Assembly: GCA_050124835.1 (NCBI GenBank)
Contig: JASFEM010000006.1
Location: 6,110-70,109 of the forward strand
From: Syntrophobacterales bacterium
GTDB taxonomy: Bacteria > Desulfobacterota > Syntrophobacteria > BM002
Length of the DNA: 64,000 nt
Direction of reading: 5' to 3'
This document shows, one piece after another, positions 27,926 to 37,672 of the stretch; within the stretch, counting starts at the first letter, position 1; each line of letters opens with the position of its first letter. The translations under genes and the position numbers were made by a program. The notes beneath the pieces were generated by a model that ran no database searches, was not told the origin of the DNA, and saw nothing but the letters and a program-made list of their open reading frames with translations.

Positions 27926-29032
27926 CTACCTCGCGGGAAGGATCTCTGACCGCCGATTCTGAGCTCGCCCTTCAGGCGTGCTGTTGCTCGTTACTGGTTG
28001 GGACAAGCCATAGCCGACAGTCTCCATCCGCTCTGGCGCAATACCCTTTGCGCGAAGGTATTCATGGACTGCCTGAGCCCGTTGCTCGGATAGCGTCAGG
28101 TTATAGGTCTCCGGGCCTGTATTATCTGTATGGCCCTGAATGACAACTCTCAAGTCAGAGCGATTGCGCAGGATCTCAGCGGCTTCATCTAACTTCATCT
28201 TCGCTTCAGGGGTGAGATCGGACTTGTCGAATTCAAAATGTACGGTATCCATGCTCGGAACCGCTGCTACTGCCTCGACCGCCACGACCTCTTCTACAAT
28301 CTCTCTAACTTGCACCGTATAGAAGACGTCTTTGGCGAATTGGTCAAGGGCAGCCGCATCCGCTGTTAGCTCATTGCCGTCAGCGTACACGCAGTCATTC
28401 AATTTGGTGATGTCTTGGAGTGTCGTTTTTCCCTGGTCACTGTCAGCCAGTGAGACGGCATGGAAGCAGACATTGGGATATTTTTCAGTCAACGTTTTTG
28501 CTGCTTCCAGCGCATCCATCCCGATGTTCTTCTCACCGTCAGAGACGATAAGAACGGCAGTCTTCCCGGCAGACTTACTGAGCAACCCGTCCATCTGCAT
28601 GATGGAATCACCCAGAGGGGTTCGGTTTCCATGGATTCGGCCAGTCTCCGGCAAGCTTTCGATAGATTCCCCGAATGACGTCCTGTTGAACTGTTCGGGA
28701 CCGATAAGCGATCTGTCTGGCGAGAAGACCATAACTGAACCGTTGTAGCCCAGCTCAGGTAAACGCTCATTCAAGGCAGACATAATATCCTTACCCACTT
28801 TGGCCTTCGCAGGGACTGTGCCTTGCTCGGTCATGAACATCGATCCGGATTGATCGAAAAGAATGATGAAATTGTCAATTTTCGGTATGACTCTGACCTC
28901 AACGTTATCCGTGTAAGCGGCCCTAATCTCCTCTACTATCTTATCGCCGGCTTGTGCGGTCATCGCACTAATTGCGACGATCGCACTGGCGATAACCAGC
29001 AATAGAGCCATACGTTTTAGTGCACTTCTCAT
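27926..29032 (-). CDS. vWA-domain + OmpA peptidoglycan-binding protein
   Basis: Signal peptide; vWA MIDAS DQSGS, TPLG, LIVSDG; OmpA VHFEFDKS, GHTD..G...N..LSEQRA, NRRSEI. Confidence 0.85.
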   Translation of the reverse strand: MRSALKRMALLLVIASAIVAISAMTAQAGDKIVEEIRAAYTDNVEVRVIPKIDNFIILFDQSGSMFMTEQGTVPAKAKVGKDIMSALNERLPELGYNGSVMVFSPDRSLIGPEQFNRTSFGESIESLPETGRIHGNRTPLGDSIMQMDGLLSKSAGKTAVLIVSDGEKNIGMDALEAAKTLTEKYPNVCFHAVSLADSDQGKTTLQDITKLNDCVYADGNELTADAAALDQFAKDVFYTVQVREIVEEVVAVEAVAAVPSMDTVHFEFDKSDLTPEAKMKLDEAAEILRNRSDLRVVIQGHTDNTGPETYNLTLSEQRAQAVHEYLRAKGIAPERMETVGYGLSQPVTSNSTPEGRAQNRRSEILPAR

Positions 29033-29194
29033 ACGATTACCCTCCTTTATACCTCGTCCTAGTTAGATGCCCATCAACCTCACAGCACCAAATGCGCTAT
29101 ATTAGGTGAAATGCCACCAAGGTAGGCTAAGAGAATGGTTAGTAAGCTTTAAATCCATGGTTAAGACAATGAACAATATCGGAATGATAAATAA

Positions 29195-29222
29195 ATGATA
29201 ACCAGGGTCATTAAATTGTCAA
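29195..29222 (-). promoter_or_regulatory. Sigma70-type promoter for the vWA-OmpA gene
   Basis: TTGACA (29217-22) N16 TATCAT (29195-200) on the minus strand. Confidence 0.55.
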
Positions 29223-29277
29223 GGAAAATAGTACATTTTTGGTGAAGAAATCACGCGAAGCTCAATGACAGCGAAGG

Positions 29278-31851
29278 TCAATTATTTAGTGACAATTGTT
29301 GCAGGACCTGCCTGAGATACTGCCCGGTGTGCGATTCGGCGATTTGTGCGATCTCCTCCGGCGTTCCGCTACCGACGATCCTGCCTCCCTCTGCTCCCCC
29401 TTCGGGCCCAAGATCGATGACAAAGTCAGAGGTTTTGATCACATCCAGGTGATGCTCAATGACCACAATCGTATTGCCGGCGTCCACCAGGCGATTTAGA
29501 ACATAGAGGAGTTGTTTGATGTCTTCAAAATGAAGACCGGTGGTGGGTTCGTCAAGCAGATAAAGGGTTCGGCCGCTGCTACGCTTGCTCAATTCACGTG
29601 CCAGCTTGATCCTCTGTGCTTCGCCACCTGACAGGGTAGTGGCTGCCTGGCCGAGTTTAAGGTAACCGAGCCCGACTTCCTGCAAGGTGGTGAGTTTTCC
29701 TTTGATTGGCGGAATGTTTCCGAAAAAACGGTGGGCTTCGTTGATGGTCATATCCAGTGTTTGGGCGACATTTTTGCCTTTGTAAGTAATTTCCAGCGTG
29801 TCTCTGTTAAAACGGAGACCTCCGCAAGCATCACAGGTGACATAAACATCGGGCAAGAAGTGCATTTCTATCTTGAGGGTACCCTGACCACCGCAGGCCT
29901 CACAACGTCCACCCTTGATGTTGAAACTGAAACGGCCCGCTTTATATCCACGTGCCCGCGCTTCCGGAACCTGAGTCAGGAGGTTACGGATTTGGGTGAA
30001 GACACCGGTGTAGGTCGCCGGATTCGATCTGGGGGTACGGCCAATGGCCCCCTGGTCAATGTGAACCACTTTGTCGAACGTCTCTAGACCTCGAATCCGG
30101 CGATGAGCGCCAGGTTCTCCGCGAGCGCGGTACAACTTTTTTGCTGCCGCGTGATAGAGCGTATCCAGGATTAGCGTGCTCTTACCTGAGCCGGAAACAC
30201 CGGTTACGCAGGTAAACAAACCGATGGGAATGGACGCGGATATATTGTCGAGATTATTGGCACTGGCACCTTCAATGGTTAGGAAGCCGCGGCTGGGAGA
30301 CCGCCGTTTCACTGGAATTGAAATGCTCAACCGGCCGGAAAGATATTGGCCGGTTAGAGAGTCTGAATGCTTAAGAAGAGCGTCAGGCTCACCGTTAAAG
30401 ACAAGATGACCACCGTGCACGCCAGCCCCTGGCCCAATGTCAACGACATGGTCGGCTGTCATGATGGTCTCGGCGTCGTGTTCTACAACCAAAACGGTAT
30501 TGCCCTGGTCGCGAAGCGTTCTGAGAGTATCCAATAGACGCTGGTTGTCACGCTGATGCAGACCGATGCTCGGTTCGTCGAGGATATAGAGAACACCCAC
30601 GAGTCTGGAGCCGATCTGGGTGGCGAGCCGCAGCCGCTGTGCCTCTCCGCCCGACAAAGTAGTGGAGGCACGCTCGAGGTTAAGGTAAGAAAGTCCCACC
30701 TGGTGAAGAAACTCTAATCGCTGCTTTACCTGGTCAAGCAACTGCTTAGCCACTGGTATATGCTGCGAAGGAAAGCGGAGTCTATCAATCCAGCCATTCA
30801 AACCAGCCAGGTCAAGCCTACTCACCTGGTAAATGTTCATATCCTCAATGGTTACTGCCAGGGCTTCCGGCCGAAGTCGCGCCCCCTGGCAGGTGCTGCA
30901 CGGCTTCTTGGAGCGAAAAGCGGACGAGCGCTCGCGTTCGTCACCGCTGAGTTGCTGAGGTGGTTTCTTAAGCCAATGTGGAACTGCACCCTCAAAGGTT
31001 TCCCTCATCCCTAGCCCGGCGCAGTCAGGGCAAGCACCGAGGGCGTTGTTAAAGCTGAAGAGTTGAGGAGAGGGTTCCGGCAGCCTGAGGTTGCAGGAGT
31101 GGCAAAGGGGCTGTTCGCTGAAGTCCCATTCGTCGCCGTCAAGAATAGCCACTCGAACTCTTCCTTCACCCTTGCGGAGGGCAAGTTCCATGGAATCTGT
31201 AAGCCGCCTTGCGCCATTTGGTCGGACTACGAGTCGGTCGACAACCACCTCGATCCGAGGAGCGACACCACCGGGCAACTGAATGGGTTGGTCCAGCTCC
31301 AGGACCGTACCATCGATCCGAACCCGGACAAATCCTTCCCTCCGCAGCCGGCTGAAAACATACTTTGGCCGGCCGAGGTCGTTTCCCGCCAGCGGTGCAA
31401 GGATGAGAATCCTGGTGCCCTCTGGAAGTTCTGAAACCCCGTCAACCATCTGCTGAACGGTCATGCCCTGGATCTCTTTGCCGCACCCAACGCAGTGGGG
31501 CTGACCAACCCGCGCATAGAGAACCCTGAGGTAGTCGTAGATCTCGGTAATGGTGCCGACGGTGGAGCGAGGATTCCTGGCGGCAGTTTTCTGCTCGATG
31601 GCAATGGCAGGACTCAGACCTTCAATATAGTCAACATCTGGCCGATCCATCCTTTCCAGGAACTGGCGGGCGTATGAGGACAGGGATTCCACGTAACGCC
31701 TCTGGCCTTCAGCATATAAGGTGTCAAAGGCAAGGGAGGATTTCCCGGAGCCACTGATCCCGGTTATCACCACCAGATGATTCCTGGGAATATCCACATC
31801 AATATTTTTCAGGTTATGCTGTCGGGCACCACGAATAAGGATATTTTTCAC
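29278..31851 (-). CDS. uvrA: Excinuclease ABC subunit A, internally shortened
   Basis: GARQHNLKN, GSGKSSLAFDT, LSGGEAQR twice, GVSGSGKS, FSFNIKGGRCEAC; 857 aa. Confidence 0.95.
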   Translation of the reverse strand: MKNILIRGARQHNLKNIDVDIPRNHLVVITGISGSGKSSLAFDTLYAEGQRRYVESLSSYARQFLERMDRPDVDYIEGLSPAIAIEQKTAARNPRSTVGTITEIYDYLRVLYARVGQPHCVGCGKEIQGMTVQQMVDGVSELPEGTRILILAPLAGNDLGRPKYVFSRLRREGFVRVRIDGTVLELDQPIQLPGGVAPRIEVVVDRLVVRPNGARRLTDSMELALRKGEGRVRVAILDGDEWDFSEQPLCHSCNLRLPEPSPQLFSFNNALGACPDCAGLGMRETFEGAVPHWLKKPPQQLSGDERERSSAFRSKKPCSTCQGARLRPEALAVTIEDMNIYQVSRLDLAGLNGWIDRLRFPSQHIPVAKQLLDQVKQRLEFLHQVGLSYLNLERASTTLSGGEAQRLRLATQIGSRLVGVLYILDEPSIGLHQRDNQRLLDTLRTLRDQGNTVLVVEHDAETIMTADHVVDIGPGAGVHGGHLVFNGEPDALLKHSDSLTGQYLSGRLSISIPVKRRSPSRGFLTIEGASANNLDNISASIPIGLFTCVTGVSGSGKSTLILDTLYHAAAKKLYRARGEPGAHRRIRGLETFDKVVHIDQGAIGRTPRSNPATYTGVFTQIRNLLTQVPEARARGYKAGRFSFNIKGGRCEACGGQGTLKIEMHFLPDVYVTCDACGGLRFNRDTLEITYKGKNVAQTLDMTINEAHRFFGNIPPIKGKLTTLQEVGLGYLKLGQAATTLSGGEAQRIKLARELSKRSSGRTLYLLDEPTTGLHFEDIKQLLYVLNRLVDAGNTIVVIEHHLDVIKTSDFVIDLGPEGGAEGGRIVGSGTPEEIAQIAESHTGQYLRQVLQQLSLNN

Positions 31852-31943
31852 TGTTCAATTCTCATTGAATGATTGGTCATTACGCTTCGCTCCATTGCGC
31901 TTTGCACAGTTTCTCGCCTACATTATCTCGTCCTATGTATAAC

Positions 31944-32075
31944 AAATTCCAAATCCCATGCACCAAATTACAAATAAATTTCAAATTCCAATATTCAATG
32001 ACCAAAACATGTTTGGAATTTTGTATTTCGGTCATTGTGTTTTGTTTGTTAGTTGTGATTTGTAATTTGGAATTT
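31944..32075. repeat. Imperfect palindromic element built from AAATTCC/AAATTAC units
   Basis: Terminal AAATTCCAAAT / ATTTGGAATTT and internal CAAATTACAAAT / ATTTGTAATTTG inverted matches. Confidence 0.8.
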
Positions 32076-32092
32076 CAATCACCTTCCGCTTC

Positions 32093-33142
32093 TTATACCT
32101 TCAATCTGCCACCTGCCTGCTGCGTTCTGCGTTTCCTCCGTTGCGCTATACTTGCTGCCAGATCCAGGGCCGCGAATAGACTTTTTGGACTAGCTCTTCC
32201 TGTGCCGGCAATATCATAAGCAGTGCCGTGATCCACTGAAGTTCGAACGATGGACAACCCCAAAGTGATATTAATCGCATCCTGGAAGTGAAGCAGTTTA
32301 AGTGGAATAAGACCTTGGTCGTGGTACATGCTGACCACAGCGTCAAACTCGCCCTGGTGTGCTTGATAATAAACGATGTCGGGTGGCAGCGGCCCCCTCA
32401 CATCCAACCCTTGCTGCCGACAGCGCGACACGGCCGGGCCTATAATGCGTTCCTCCTCATCACCGAACAAGCCACCGTCGCCGGCATGGGGGTTGAGGCC
32501 TGCCACTGCCAATCGCGGTTGCCTGATGTCAAAATCTTTGGCCAGGGCCTCATGAGTAATGATTATGGTCTCTGCGACCAGATCGATGTTGAGACGCTTG
32601 GGTACGTCAGCAAGGGCACAGTGAATCGTTACCAAACTAACCCGCAAAGTGGCGCCAGCGAGCATCATCACAGTTCGGCGAGCGCCGGTAAGGTCTTGCA
32701 GGAACTCGGTGTGTCCAGGAAAGGCAAAGCTCGCCTGTTTCAAAACGCTTTTGTTAATGGGGGCGGTGCAGACCGCATCAACAAGACCTTCTTTTGCGGC
32801 TAGCACCGCTTGACGAATAAAGTCAATAGTGGCGTGGGCAGCCGCAGCAGAGGGGTCACCAAGTTTGATGTCATGTTCAGAAAGACTGGAGATCGCAAGA
32901 AAATATGGTCCTGGATCCTGTAAGCTTTCGGGTTCGATAGCATTGATATGAACAAAAGGATCAGCTTCGCCGACGATCTTCAACCCCCTTTTCATAGCGC
33001 TCTGGTCCCCAACCACCAAAATCCGGTAATTGCTCCCCATGTCGGCACGCTGAAAGAGCATGGCGATAATCTCCGGGCCAATGCCGGCGGGGTCTCCCAT
33101 GGTGATCGCAACTAGAGGCAGCGCCGAATCAATTTCTTCCAT
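32093..33142 (-). CDS. pdxA: 4-hydroxythreonine-4-phosphate dehydrogenase (PdxA family)
   Basis: ITMGDPAGIGPE, TAPINK, GHTEFL, GLNPHAG, MYHDQGLIPLK, RTSVDHGTAYDIAG. Confidence 0.95.
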   Translation of the reverse strand: MEEIDSALPLVAITMGDPAGIGPEIIAMLFQRADMGSNYRILVVGDQSAMKRGLKIVGEADPFVHINAIEPESLQDPGPYFLAISSLSEHDIKLGDPSAAAAHATIDFIRQAVLAAKEGLVDAVCTAPINKSVLKQASFAFPGHTEFLQDLTGARRTVMMLAGATLRVSLVTIHCALADVPKRLNIDLVAETIIITHEALAKDFDIRQPRLAVAGLNPHAGDGGLFGDEEERIIGPAVSRCRQQGLDVRGPLPPDIVYYQAHQGEFDAVVSMYHDQGLIPLKLLHFQDAINITLGLSIVRTSVDHGTAYDIAGTGRASPKSLFAALDLAASIAQRRKRRTQQAGGRLKV

Positions 33143-33240
33143 GCGGTTATCCCAATCCTGTCTCTCCGCGCGCGTTAGAGGGTAAATCAGAAGTAAGCAT
33201 TATACAGAATAGGTTGCTAAAGAGGAATGGAGTAGCAAGG

Positions 33241-33312
33241 AAAACGGGGTCAGAGCTTAATTATTAACTAGAACCGCTTGTCAAATTAATAATTAAGCTC
33301 TGACCCCGTTTT
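33241..33312. repeat. Perfect 27-bp inverted repeat (REP/MITE-like, GGGGTCAGA...TCTGACCCC)
   Basis: AAAACGGGGTCAGAGCTTAATTATTAA (33241-67) and its exact reverse complement (33286-312), 18-nt spacer. Confidence 0.9.
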
Positions 33313-33318
33313 TTCGGT

Positions 33319-33849
33319 TCATTCGCTCTTCGCTGCCAGCTCGCTGACGTCTGACCAACCGTAAGCTACTTGAACCAGCCGTGATCCCCCAATTTCAATG
33401 GTTTCTTCACTTACGACCTGACCTCCTAATGACTCAAAGAACCCACGGTAGGGATTCACCGCAAATGTCCATAGCATCACGGACTTCAAGCCGGATTGTA
33501 GCAACTTCTTGCTTGCCGCCGCAATCAGGCTTCGTCCGATGGACTGACCTTGAAACTCCTTCAGAATGTAGATAGAGTAGAATTCACCTTCATAAGGCCG
33601 GTTTCCTTCACGCTCAGGCCCGCCTGCTATATACCCTACGATCTGTCCTGCATCATTTTCAGCGACATAGACAAACCCCTGTAAATCAGAATCAATTAAG
33701 ACGTCATTCCAAAACTTCTCAGCTTTGAGATACGACAAATCAGCTAGAAAATCCCCAGGCACGATACCATCATAAGTGCTTCGCCAACAGTCTACATGCA
33801 CTTTCGCGATTCCATTTGCATCAGATTGAGTCGCCTCTCTGATGATCAT
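33319..33849 (-). CDS. GNAT-family N-acetyltransferase
   Basis: IREATQSDA.GIAKVHVDCWRSTY, YSIYIL..FQGQSIGRSL, FFESLGG. Confidence 0.88.
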   Translation of the reverse strand: MIIREATQSDANGIAKVHVDCWRSTYDGIVPGDFLADLSYLKAEKFWNDVLIDSDLQGFVYVAENDAGQIVGYIAGGPEREGNRPYEGEFYSIYILKEFQGQSIGRSLIAAASKKLLQSGLKSVMLWTFAVNPYRGFFESLGGQVVSEETIEIGGSRLVQVAYGWSDVSELAAKSE

Positions 33850-34440
33850 TCCTATACTCCTCTGTTTAAGCTCATGTTACAGAGGATAGTCTGGCAGATA
33901 CTCTTGGTGTCGTCAACCAGCTACATCATGGGGCCTGGCAGCGGGATGCGGCTGTTGGACAGTGAAGGGAGGATGGATGGCTGTATTTGTTACATAGCCG
34001 TGACTTTCAGCAAGAATAATATGCAGGAAGTTTTTGCCAAGTGCTTCTATTCTTCTTTGTGGTTTTTCGGTGTTGGTAGCTTGAGTTTGAAAAGCAAAAT
34101 TGCAACCAAGAGAATAAGTAGAAGTGCCCCAATAAAACTCATCGACTCCAGAGAAACTTCACCAACAACATCGTGATATACTGGCACCATAAACTCGTAT
34201 TCCACTGCTCATCCCTCAGAAGGTAGATACCCTTTCATGCTAATCACTCGACGAATCATTCTTACACGGGTGATTACAAGTCAACTGAGGAATAGTCGGA
34301 ATATGGGGGAAATAGTTACAGAGCCGATTAAAGAGTTAGCGTCCTATTTTTTCTCATTTGAATACATGAGGTATATCAGGAGTGGTTAGCAGGGTGAATC
34401 TGATTTGGTCAATATCAATACAACGGGATGGAGGTGTTTG

Positions 34441-35103
34441 ATGGAAAAGTTGTTGAAATCTCTAAGTCAGGCCGGAACAGCGGTTATCGCAGACATTTTC
34501 GACACCCTAGGTCGTTTGCCGCCGGTGCTCGACAACAGCCTCTTTCCTATTCCTGGCCCGGGTGTACGATTCGCCGGTCCCGCCTACACCATTTCCGGTG
34601 AATCGCAAAGCTGGTCGGGCCGAGGTGATCGAGACAAATTGGCAGCCATCGATGGTATGCCTGCTGGCGTAGTTGCGGTTTGGGCGGGCAATGACATCCG
34701 CGGCGTCTGTTGTTTCGGTGACCTGCTTGCTACAGCTATGAAGGCTCGCGGATGCGCTGGCGTCGTGGTTGACGGTGGTGTGCGGGATCTCGCCTACCTT
34801 CGAGGCCTGGATTTACCAATGATGGCGCGCTACCGCACGCCGGCCCAGTCAATTGGTCGGTGGCGGGTAATTGCTCGCCAAGAACCCATACGGGTTCGCG
34901 GTTCCTTGGAAGATTGGGTGACGGTGGCGCCGGGAGATGTGGTTCTGGCTGATGATGACGGGGTGATTGTGGTGCCGGCTGTTCTCTTGGACCAGATTGC
35001 CGCAAAAGCGGTGGAATGGGCGAGCAAAGATTCCAGAGCCCGTGAGGATATCAGCAAAGGCACCCCACTGCTGGAGGCCCTGGATACTTACGGCCATCTG
35101 TAA
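34441..35103 (+). CDS. RraA / HMG-aldolase family protein
   Basis: GDLLATAMKARG.AGVVVDGGVRD, V.PGDVVLADDDGVIVVP; start refined to ATG 34441 after GGAGG. Confidence 0.85.
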   Translation: MEKLLKSLSQAGTAVIADIFDTLGRLPPVLDNSLFPIPGPGVRFAGPAYTISGESQSWSGRGDRDKLAAIDGMPAGVVAVWAGNDIRGVCCFGDLLATAMKARGCAGVVVDGGVRDLAYLRGLDLPMMARYRTPAQSIGRWRVIARQEPIRVRGSLEDWVTVAPGDVVLADDDGVIVVPAVLLDQIAAKAVEWASKDSRAREDISKGTPLLEALDTYGHL

Positions 35104-35123
35104 CAGAAATGATGCAATGAAGA

Positions 35124-36512
35124 CTATTTCGCTTCGCTTGTTTGCACTGCTGTGGCTTCCTCACGCTTCTTGTGCAGGGCACACGCCCAGCTTAGGCAAA
35201 GAAGGCCTGCCACTGCCGAAAAGATTGAACCCAGCAGAATTCCCAATTTTGAGTAGTTGAGTAATAGGGGTGAGGTGAAGGAGAGACCGGAGACGAATAG
35301 GGACATGGTGAAACCGATACCCCCAAGCATGCCGGCTCCGAGGATGTGTGACCATCTGACCCCCTTGGGGAGCACAGCCAGACCCGTTTTTACAGCAATA
35401 AAGGAAAACAGAGCAATACCCAAGGGCTTTCCAACGAAAAGCCCCAGGGCAATACCTATAGTGAGAGGTTGCGCCAAAACGCTTGCGAGGTTCATCCCCT
35501 CCAGAGAAAGCCCGGCGTTGGCAAAGGCGAACACGGGGAGGAGCCCAAAGGCAATCCACGGGTGCAAGGCGTGTTCGAGCCGCTGCAATGGCGTTTCCAC
35601 ATCATGGCAGGCAAGTTCCAGGGAGTGGACCGCATTGAGGTGGCCACGGTCTAGAAGGATGGAGTAGCCGCAGCTCTGCTCCTCGCACTCGAACTCATCC
35701 ATGATCTCCTTCACCTTCTTAACGAATATATCGGTGTCATACTTCGCCCGGGCTGGAATAAACATGGCGACCACGAATCCTGCCACAGTCGGATGGACTC
35801 CAGAGCCCAGGACAGCGACCCAGATGCCAAGACCGAGGAGGGCATAGAGGAAGGTCCACCTGATCCAGAGGAGATTGGCAATTACGAGCCCAATCACGAA
35901 GAAAATACAGATGATGAGATAATTCCAGACAATTCCTTTGGTGTAAAAGACCGCAATGATGATTACTGCCCCCAGGTCGTCGGCAATGGCGAATGCGGAG
36001 AGAAACACCCTCAGGCCGACGGGTAATCTTCTACCAAATACAGCGATGGCCCCCAAAGCGAAGGCGATATCGGTGGCCATGGGTATGCCCCAACCATTAA
36101 CGGTGGCAGTGCCACGGTTGAGTGCGAAAAAGATAGCACCGGGGACGAGCATGCCTCCAAGTGCTGCAACTACAGGGAGAAGGGCGCTCTTGCGTGAAGA
36201 AAGCTCGCCAACGAGGATTTCGCGCTTGATCTCCAGACCCACAATAAAAATAAAATAGGTCATGAGACCATCATTGATCCAGTGGGCCAGAGTCTTGGTG
36301 ATACGGTATTCACCGAGTGCAAGGGTGAGATCAATGTGCAAGAGATCGTGGTAAATTGGGGCGAGAGCGGAGTTGGCCCAAATAACAGCTCCTATGCTTG
36401 CCACAAGCAGTAGAACACTGCTGGAAGCCTCTTTCTTGAAGAAAGACTCCGCTGGTCCGACGATGTAGTCGGCAACTAGCTTTTTTGGCAGTGATTTGCT
36501 GTTGTCGCTCAT
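35124..36512 (-). CDS. nhaA: Na+/H+ antiporter NhaA
   Basis: WINDGLM, GLEIKRE, GWGIPMATDIAF, AIADDLGAVIIIA, GVHPT, PVFAFANAG, GIGFTMSLF. Confidence 0.95.
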   Translation of the reverse strand: MSDNSKSLPKKLVADYIVGPAESFFKKEASSSVLLLVASIGAVIWANSALAPIYHDLLHIDLTLALGEYRITKTLAHWINDGLMTYFIFIVGLEIKREILVGELSSRKSALLPVVAALGGMLVPGAIFFALNRGTATVNGWGIPMATDIAFALGAIAVFGRRLPVGLRVFLSAFAIADDLGAVIIIAVFYTKGIVWNYLIICIFFVIGLVIANLLWIRWTFLYALLGLGIWVAVLGSGVHPTVAGFVVAMFIPARAKYDTDIFVKKVKEIMDEFECEEQSCGYSILLDRGHLNAVHSLELACHDVETPLQRLEHALHPWIAFGLLPVFAFANAGLSLEGMNLASVLAQPLTIGIALGLFVGKPLGIALFSFIAVKTGLAVLPKGVRWSHILGAGMLGGIGFTMSLFVSGLSFTSPLLLNYSKLGILLGSIFSAVAGLLCLSWACALHKKREEATAVQTSEAK

Positions 36513-36637
36513 TCTCTAAATGAAAGCTCTTAATGAAAGGAGGTTTAAATAAGGTTGCTGCAGAGCTCTTCTTTGCGGGGCGGGCCTGAAATTCGTGAAA
36601 TTGTCATCAGGCCCAGATGGAAAATCTAGAGCGTTGG

Positions 36638-37255
36638 TCAACTGCTCTTGATTTTTAGATTATTTATAATCTTGTCCGCGGCTTCTTCAACAGAAATTTT
36701 TCCCATGTCGATGACCAAATCGTAAAGATGTACGTCATCCCAATCGACATTAAAGTAGTGTCTGATCAAACTCTTTGAATCCTTTTCTTCTCTATTGATG
36801 TAATCCTTGGCTGCCTTTCGGCCTATTTTGAAACGCTTCATGATGGTTTCAATTTTCCCTTCCTCATCTTTGATCAGCCGCACGTGGAGTGCATCGGGCT
36901 TGCCCCGCAAAATACACTGCCCAGCCCAGCCAAGAATAATGGCGTCCTCGGATTCGTAAATGTCCTCAACCAGTCTCTTGGTGGTGTCGAAGTACGCATT
37001 GTCATCCAGGCAGCCGCGCTCACGATCCACCACCTTCTGTACCAGCGAACATGTATATCTATCTACAAAACGAAGTAGGCGCGACTGTGAGTCTTGCCGG
37101 AACGCTTCCACTTCGCTTTCTGAAATGCGTAATTCTTCTGCTATCCTAGCTACCAACTTTTTTCCTATATATTCCCAACCCAGTTTTTCCGCCAGGAGAG
37201 ACGCCACCTTCTCGCTTTCCACACCACATTCCCTACTGATTGTAATCACTGCCAT
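36638..37255 (-). CDS. Cytidylate kinase-like family protein
   Basis: VITISRECG, AIILGWAGQCIL, LHVRL, YFNVDW.D..LYDLVID. Confidence 0.85.
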   Translation of the reverse strand: MAVITISRECGVESEKVASLLAEKLGWEYIGKKLVARIAEELRISESEVEAFRQDSQSRLLRFVDRYTCSLVQKVVDRERGCLDDNAYFDTTKRLVEDIYESEDAIILGWAGQCILRGKPDALHVRLIKDEEGKIETIMKRFKIGRKAAKDYINREEKDSKSLIRHYFNVDWDDVHLYDLVIDMGKISVEEAADKIINNLKIKSS

Positions 37256-37371
37256 GAAGCTCTCCTCCTATACTTCGGACCTAATTCTTAAGAGTTCTGG
37301 ATTTTGCAACGCAGGCATAATACTCCAGTCCCCACAAATTGTCTAGGTAGAAGCATAGAGCATGGGGCTAG

Positions 37372-37640
37372 ACCATTTCGGATTTCGGATTTCGGATTGC
37401 GGATTTAAAAAAGGGCATCTGTTCCGTTTACCGTTCACTGTTCAGCTCTCACCAGAGGGATTTCGGATTTTGAAACTATAAATAGTGATCTCTGCCCTCT
37501 GATCTATGACTTCTGATCTCTAATCTTTTCTAATCCCCGTTTCGCCGTTGCTCCCAATCCCCGTGTCATTCCGCTGTGCCTAGTGCTTAGTTCCTAGTGC
37601 CTAGTTGCAACGGCTGCCAGTTGCACGCTGCCAGCTGGTT
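37372..37640. repeat. Composite cassette, copy A
   Basis: Same module order as 57445-57780; first 73 nt differ at only 2 positions. Confidence 0.9.
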
Positions 37641-37672
37641 GCGTGTCCGACGAAAGAGTACTTTCAATGCCC

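Noticed and set aside
34047-34190. 47-aa hydrophobic ORF on the minus strand
   Set aside because: No recognisable motif and only a weak SD; cannot be supported as a gene.
36593-36610. TCGTGAAATT as a second Rex site
   Set aside because: Only a half-site; the second arm does not match TTCACRA.
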